Source: Nemertoderma westbladi (taxonomy: Eukaryota > Animalia > Xenacoelomorpha). Taken from it: 64,000 nucleotides of DNA. The stretch is from positions 1 through 64,000 of the forward strand of contig JAUCBJ010005854.1 of the NCBI GenBank assembly GCA_032718475.1, given 5' to 3'. A program made the position numbers and the translations under genes. Positions 52,401 through 61,400 of this stretch are shown piece after piece. Every line of letters begins with the position of its first letter. Position 1 is the first letter of the stretch. The notes beneath the pieces were generated by a model that saw only the letters and a program-made list of their open reading frames with translations, was not told where the DNA came from and ran no database searches.

Positions 52401-55400
52401 TACATCCTGTGTTTCGCTTATTTGGTATTGCTGAGCCAAACTGGTAGTGAATATTGGGGGTTGGTAAACCGATTCCACCATCGTCATTGTTACATCACGG
52501 GACAACGATTTGGGGGGACTCCCGTTGTCAGACGCTCGAACCCTGGGGGGGAGGGCATCAACACAATATAATATACCAACTACGACCGACAGGCGGTGTT
52601 TTAGATTGACTGACACATTATAATGATATTATATTTTCCAAACATATTCCATTTTCTGCTTTGCTATCAAATTATTGTGAGGCGAGCCACGAAAGTAAGC
52701 GGGTTTAGAATACGGCTACGGCTGACTCAACCTCGCGTCTGTCTGTCGGTCGGTCTGTATGTCTAATCTTTGATAGCTCATATTCTCAAGGAATTCTCCG
52801 CATTCATAAAATAAAAGACAGTATATCTGATCTATGAAAAAGTTTAGAAAGTGTACATTCAGAAAAGACCCGGTCCCAACTAACTAGTGTTTGTCTAATG
52901 TCGGGATCGGGACCGGGATTGCATTAATTGCCGGGATCCCCTTTTTTCGGGATCAGGAACCCGTTTAAACACCGGCCCCAACCCGTTTAAACACTGTAGA
53001 GTTTTACGGCCCCAGACGGCTAGACCCTATAGGGAGACAAGCTATGGAAAAAAGGTGATATTAAAAAAGATTTTGTGCAATATCTCGAGAATCTTAAATC
53101 AATTCAGTATAGCAGATAAATCTTAAAGATTTAAATGACATTCTAAAATGCACCTTTTTTTTGTAGTTAGGCCTTTTTTACATTTGAGGCTTTGCCCATA
53201 CACGGTGGCGACATTTCGTTATCCCAGGTAGTTTGCATTAAGGGGAGAATCGCATAACCAACAATTTTAGATTTTCAATAATTTCTGCAATTTATTAGGC
53301 ACAACAATGTGATTTCTTGGAAAAATATTTATCATAGATTGAAAAAAACAAAAATTTTGGAAAAATAATTTTTTTTCAAAAATGCAAAAAATTTTCAAAA
53401 TGCAAAGGGTCAGAAGGAATTCATGTTAGAGTCCCAAAATTTTGTATTAAGAACCAGCATTTGGTTAACCTAAAAATTGTATTGAGCGAATTTTAATATC
53501 TCACCCCAATGTTTTCTTATATTTTGTACCGCAAAATTTGAAAAATATATAAAATGGGTAAAAAAAAATTTCGCCTGTGACTATCAACTTCATGTTAAAA
53601 TTTTAAAATTTTGTCAATACAATACCAATATGAGGTATATACTCTAGAAGGTGTGTTCCAAATTACAGCTTAATTTGATCATTTTTGGCCTTTAGTTTTT
53701 TCATTCAAAAAAGTGATTCCTCAGAAAATGGACTTAAAGATTTTAATTCGAATATTTTGGAATTATTTCTAGAAAAATAAAGCAAAAATTTAATTTTTTT
53801 AATGTTGTACTCCTTATGCTCAAATCTAAAAAAACATGGCTTCAACATCGTATCCACTCACTTAAAAAAATAACACATTTGAATTTATTAATGATTAATA
53901 TTAATGATTATATTAAAAATGTTCATAATATCAGCAATTATTATAAGTAAAAAGGTGTATACATGGACTTTTAGACATTATTAATTATTATGAATCTAAA
54001 CTCCAGATATTTAGCTGTGTACTGTAGTACTCGTAGCCCAACTAGACCTAAACGACGAAGTTCACCCCACCTTAATCCCAGACTCATTGACATAGGGTAT
54101 ATTTTAGTCGACCAAGCGGTTTTATTACAATAAAATCTGAGCACACTGTCTGTGTTTCAAGCGAGTATGGGGTGGAACTGTCTGTGTATCGTGGCGATAT
54201 TTACCTGAGTGTGTAAGTTCTTCCTTGAGGGATTTCGTTCAAATTCCTAGACGCCGATAAAGCGCCGTTAGAGCTCATGGAGAAATATTGCTTGACTTCA
54301 TTATTGCTTTCGCCTATATCGAATCTTATATCATTGGAAGTACTTATGTCGTTGTCCGTGGCAACAAACTGAAACAAATTGGTTCGTGTCAGTAATGGTT
54401 ACAGTGTAATGCAGCTCACCAAACATACTGTAATGTTAGTACATCAGCCACACTCCAATGTTAGTACATCAGCCACACTCCAATGTTAGTACATCAGCCA
54501 CACTCCAATGTTAGTACATCAGCCACACTCCAATGTTAGTACATCAAACACACTCCAATGTTAGTAAATCAACCACACTCCAATGTTAGTACATCAACCA
54601 CACTCCAATGTTAGTACATCAAACACACTCCAATGTTAGTAAATCAACCACACTCCAATGTTAGTACATCAACCACACTCCAATGTTAGTACAACAGCCA
54701 CACTCCAATGTTAGTACATCAGCCACACTCCAATGTTAGTACATCAGCCACACTCCAACGTTAGTACATCAGCCACACTCCAATGTTAGTACATCAAACA
54801 CACTCCAATGTTAGTACATCAGCCACACTCCAATGTTAGTACATCAGCCACACTCCAATGTTAGTACATCAGCCACACTCCAATGTTAGTACATCAAACA
54901 CACTCCAATGTTAGTAAATCAACCACACTCCAATGTTAGTACATCAACCACACTCCAATGTTAGTACATCAAACACACTCCAATGTTAGTACATCAGCCA
55001 CACTCCAATGTTAGTACATCAACCACACTCCAATGTTAGTAAATCAACCACACTCCAATGTTAGTACATCAGCCACACTCCAATGTTAGTACATCAGCCA
55101 CACTCCAATGTTAGTACATCAAACACACTCCAATGTTAGTAAATCAACCACACTCCAATGTTAGTACATCAACCACACTCCAATGTTAGTACATCAAACA
55201 CACTCCAATGTTAGTACATCAACCACACTCCAATGTTAGTAAATCAACCACACTCCAATGTTAGTGCATCAACCACACTCCAATGTTAGTAAATCAACCA
55301 CACTCCAATGTTAGTACATCAACCACACTCCAATGTTAGTACATCAACCACACTCCCATGTTAGTACATCAGCCACACTCCAATGTTAGTACATCAAACA

Positions 55401-58400
55401 CACTCCAATGTTAGTACATCAACCACACTCCAATGTTAGTAAATCAACCACACTCCAATGTTAGTACATCAACCACACTCCAATGTTAGTACATCAACCA
55501 CACTCCAATGTTAGTACATCAACCACACTCCAATGTTAGTACATCAGCCACACTCCAATGTTAGTACATCAAACACACTCCAATGTTAGTACATCAAACA
55601 CACTCCAATGTTAGTACATCAACCACACTCCAATGTTAGTACATCAGCCACACTCCAATGTTAGTACATCAAACACACTCCAATGTTAGTACATCAACCA
55701 CACTCCAATGTTAGTACATCAACCACACTCCAATGTTAGTACATCAGCCACACTCCAATGTCAGTACATCAAACACACTCCAATGTTAGTACATCAACCA
55801 CACTGCAATGTTAGTAAATCAACCACACTCCAATGTTAGTACATCAACCACACTCCATTGTTAGTACATCAACCACACTCCAATGTTAGTACATCAGCCA
55901 CACTCCAATGTTAGTACATCAAACACACTCCAATGTTAGTACATCAAACACACTCCAATGTTAGTACATCAACCACACTCCAATGTTAGTACATCAACCA
56001 CACTCCAATGTTAGTACATCAGCCACACTCCAATGTTAGTACATCAACCACACTCCAATGTTAATACATCAACCACACTCCAATGTTAGTACATCAAACA
56101 CACTCCAATGTTAGTACATCAACCACACTCCAATGTTAGTACATCAACCACACTCCAATGTTAGTACATCAACCACACTCCAATGTTAGTACATCAAACA
56201 CACTCCAATGTTAGTACATCAACCACACTCCAATGTTAGTACATCAACCATACTCCAATGTTAGTAAATCAACCACACTCCAATGTTAGTACATCAACCA
56301 CACTCCAATGTTAGTACATCAACCACACTCCAATGTTAGTACATCAGCCACACTCCAATGTTAGTACATCAAACACACTCCAATGTTAGTACATCAACCA
56401 CACTCCAATGTTAGTACATCAGCCACACTCCAATGTTAGTACATCAACCAAACTCCAATGTTAGTACATCAACCACACTCCAATGTTAGTACATCAAACA
56501 CACTCCAATGTTAGTACATCAACCACACTCCAATGTTAGTACATCAACCACACTCCAATGTTAGTAAATCAACCACACTCCAATGTTAGTACATCAACCA
56601 CACTCCAATGTTAGTACATCAACCACACTCCAATGTTAGTACATCAGCCACACTCCAATGTTAGTACATCAAACACACTCCAATGTTAGTACATCAACCA
56701 CACTCCAATGTTAGTACATCAACCACACTCCAATGTTAGTAAATCAAACACACTCCAATGTTAGTACATCAACCACACTCCAATGTTAGTAAATCAACTA
56801 CACTCCAATGTTAGTACATCAACCACACTCCAATGTTAGTAAATCAACCACACTCCAATGTTAGTACATCAACCACACTCCAATGTTAGTAAATCAACCA
56901 CACTCCAATGTTAGTACATCAACCACACTCCAATGTTAGTACATCAACCACACTCCAATGTTAGTAAATCAACCACACTCCAATGTTAGTAAATCAAACA
57001 CACTCCAATGTTAGTACATCAACCACACTCCAATGTTAGTAAATCAACCACACTCCAATGTTAGTACATCAACCACACTCCAATGTTAGTAAATCAACCA
57101 CACTCCAATGTTAGTACATTAACCACACTCCAATGTTAGTACATCAGCCACACTCCAATGTTAGTACATCAAACACACTCCAATGTTAGTACATCAACCA
57201 CACTCCAATGTTAGTACATCAACCACACTCCAATGTTAGTAAATCAACCACACTCCAATGTTAGTACATCAAACACACTCCAATGTTAGTAAATTACACA
57301 CACTCCAATGTTAGTAAATCAAACACACTCCAATGTTAGTACATCTAATACACTCCAATGTTAGTTAGTACATCAACCACACTCCAATGTTAGTAAATCA
57401 ACCACACTCCAATGTTAGTACATCAACCACACTCCAATGTTAGTAAATCAACCACACTCCAATGTTAGTAAATCAAACACACTCCAATGTTAGTAAATCA
57501 AACATACTCCAATGTTAGTACAACAACCACACTCCAATGTTAGTAAATCAAACACACACCAATGTTAGTAAATTACACACACTCCAATGTTAGTAAATCA
57601 AACACACTCCAATGTTAGTACATCTAATACACTCCAATGTTAGTTAGTACATCAACCACACTCCAATGTTAGTAAATCAACCACACTCCAATGTTAGTAC
57701 ATCAACCACACTCCAATGTTAGTAAATCAACCACACTCCAATGTTAGTAAATCAAACACACTCCAATGTTAGTAAATCAAACATACTCCAATGTTAGTAC
57801 AACAACCACACTCCAATGTTAGTAAATCAAACACACACCAATGTTAGTAAATCAAACACACTCCAATGTTAGTACATCTAATACACTCCAATGTTAGTTA
57901 GTACATCAACCACACTCCAATGTTAGTAAATCAACCACACTCCAATGTTAGTACATCAACCACACTCCAATGTTAGTAAATCAACCACACTCCAATGTTA
58001 GTATATCAACCACACTCCAATGTTAGTACATCAACAACACTCCAATGTTAGTAAATTAAACACACTCCAATGTTAGTACATCAGCCACACTCCAATGTTA
58101 GTACATCAGCCACACTCCAATGTTAGTACATCAAACACACTCCAATGTTAGTACATCAGCCACACTCCAATGTTAGTACATCAAATACACTCCAATGTTA
58201 GTACATCAACCACACTCTAATGTTAGTACATCAACCACACTCCAATGTTAGTACATCAAATACACTACAATGTTAGTACATCAACCACACTCCAATGTTA
58301 GTACATCAACCACACCCCAATGTTAGTAAATTAAACACACTCCAATGTTAGTACATCAAATACACTCCAATGTTAGTACATCAACCACACTCCAATGTTA

Positions 58401-61400
58401 GTACATCAACCACACTCCAATGTTAGTACATCAACCACACTCCAATGTTAGTACTTAAACAAACCCCAATGTTAACACACCAATCACACTCAAATGGTAG
58501 TACATGAACAACACCCCAATGTTAACACACCAACCACACTCCAATGTTAGTACATGAACAACACCCCAATGTTGGCACACCAACCACACTCCAATGTTAG
58601 TACATGAACAACAAACCAACCACACTCCAATGTTAGTACATGAACAACACCCCAATGTTGACACACCAACCACACTACAATGTTAGTACATGAACAACAC
58701 ACCAACCACACTCCAATGTTAGTACATGAACAACACACCAACCACACTCCAATGTTAGTACATGAACAACACCCCAATGTTAACACACGAACCACACTCC
58801 AATGTTAGTACATTAACCACGATAGCGGTTACACCAGTATATGGAACTAAAGGAACATTTAATACTTACATTGTAAATAGTACTGCCTTGGGAAATGGAT
58901 CTGGGAACGTTGATATTCGAAGGGAAGTTTACGAAGTTAGGGGCGTCATCATTTACATCCAACACATCAACCTGTTTAAAGATAAGCGATGATATTGCAA
59001 AAAAATGACTACTTCATACGTTGATATTGAGTGATATTGAGTTATAGAAGACACATGTCCACTAACTCAATATATTGAGTTAGAAGACACATGCTCGCTA
59101 ACTCAATATATTGAGTTAGAAGACACATGTCCGCTAACTCAATATATTGAGTTAGAAGACACATGTCCGCTAACTCAATATATTGAGTTAGAAGACACAT
59201 GTCCGCTAACTCAATATATTGAGTTAGAAGACACATGTCCGCTAACTCAATATATTGAGTTAGAAGACACATGTCCGCTAACTCAATATATTGAGTTAGA
59301 AGACACATGTCCGCTAACTCAATATATTGAGTTAGAAGACACATGTCCGCTAACTCAATATATTGAGTTAGAAGACACATGTCCGCTAACTCAATATATT
59401 GAGTTAGAAGACACATGTCCGCTAACTCAATATATTGAGTTAGAAGACACATGTCCGCTAACTCAATATATTGAGTTAGAAGACACATGTCCGCTAACTC
59501 AATATATTGAGTTAGAAGACACATGTCATCTAACTCAATATATTGAGTTAGAAGACACATGTCTGCTAACTCAATATATTGAGTTAGAAGACACATGTCC
59601 GCTAACTCAATATATTGAGTTAGAAGACACATGTCCGCTAACTCAATATATTGAGTTAGAAGACACATGTCCGCTAACTCAATATATTGAGTTAGAAGAC
59701 ACATGTCCGCTAACTCAATATATTGAGTTAGAAGACACATGTCCGCTAACTCAATATATTGAGTTAGAAGACACATGTCCGCTAACTCAATATATTGAGT
59801 TAGTGTGTTTTCTATCTCAGTATATTGAGTTAGCGGACATCTATACTAAGAAAAATACGAGGATTTCATGTCCTCAGAGGGGCTCCGTAACTTCAGCACT
59901 GCAGGAAATTTATGTAAAAAATAGATCGACCGACCGGTATAATAGTTAAATGCCAAATCGTTAACTCCAAATACAAATTGTGTGATTGTGTGATTTATGG
60001 TTGTAATTGTCCGGGTCAGAATTGTACAAACAATTAATAAACATACCTGAAGTGTACAGTAGGATTGCATTGGATTTTGGGTTGCTTTATCCTGGGCTAA
60101 GACGGTAAAAGTGTAGAAAGATTTGGTTTCCCGATCTAAAGTTCCACTTAATGTAATTACACCAGAGTCATCGACGGCAAATACAGAGTTGGAAGTGGAA
60201 TCTTGGAGGATTGAGTATTTCACCTGGATATAAGGAGAAACTTGGGGTACTACTACTAGTATCGGCATGCTGCATTGCAGCTGCATTTTTAAGAATGCTG
60301 TGCCGGCTTGTCGACAAAATTGCGCCGCCAGAACTCCCTATCACCCATGAGATTTGCTAGATCATCCGCATCTTCAAGGTCAGTGTCCTTTAAGATGCGT
60401 CTCAAGAAAGCCATGGGTTGTCCACCATGCTTATTCACTCCATGAGGCTGCCAAAGTACAAGATTATGCACTGGCTGGTCCTCACGGCGAAAGCAATGTC
60501 CTGCAAAGCGGAGGCGATTTTGTTCTAGTGTCAAGCTTGGGGGAACCAATGTTATATAGTGTCTGGTTGGAGATGTGTGCATTGTACTTGACACAATGAA
60601 CCCGGCGTAGCATTCTTGTGAATGTGCCATCCAGAGATTTGGTGTCCTCAGCAGTTAGAGCCCAGCATGGACTCCCATAGAGGAGTACTGGAACTACTGC
60701 TGCTCTAAATAATCGGACCTTAAGTTTCCGATTAATTCTCGGTGACTTCCAAATCCTGGAAAGCCTATTAAAGGCTGCCCATGCCTTTCCCTTACGTATT
60801 CGAAGGTCCTCACCTGACTTCCGGATCCATGATCCCAGGTAACAGAATTCATCCACATGCTCAAGCATACCATCTTTTGAGCTTATGCTCATCCGATCAG
60901 AGACTTGCTGAGAACTTTCAACGTTAACTGTCATAATTTTGGTCTTTCTGGAGTTAATAAAAAGACCAACACTATAGAAGCAGCATGTTCTAATGAGCTG
61001 AGGAGCCGTTAGGCTCCCTCTAGTGATTCTGAGAGTACTCCTAAGTCATCAGCAAAGTCTAGATCAGTTAGGTACTTGGCAGGATTTCCTCGACTTCTGG
61101 AGCCAGTAGGTGGAGTTATCATCACCCCATCATCATTATGATGATCTAAGGACATGCGTAGAACATAGTCAACCACAATTATGAACAAGAATGGTGCAAG
61201 TGTGTCTCCCTGGAGGACGCCCCATAACACTTCAAATGGTTCAGTGTCACCATCAACAGTAGACACAAATGTTGTCGAACCATCGTATACTGATCTGATT
61301 GCTGCAATAATTTCATCAGGAATCCCATATAATGAAAGTATGCTGAACATACGTGAGCGGGAGACTGAATCAAAGGCCTTGAAGAAGTCAACAAAGATAA

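Noticed and set aside
53238-54075. TTAA-flanked Kolobok-like element
   Set aside because: Terminal inverted similarity is too short to support.
59042-59776. MCLLTQYIELAD repeat protein, or a CRISPR-like array
   Set aside because: 36-bp unit with invariant linkers, no unique spacers, no cas genes, eukaryotic intron.
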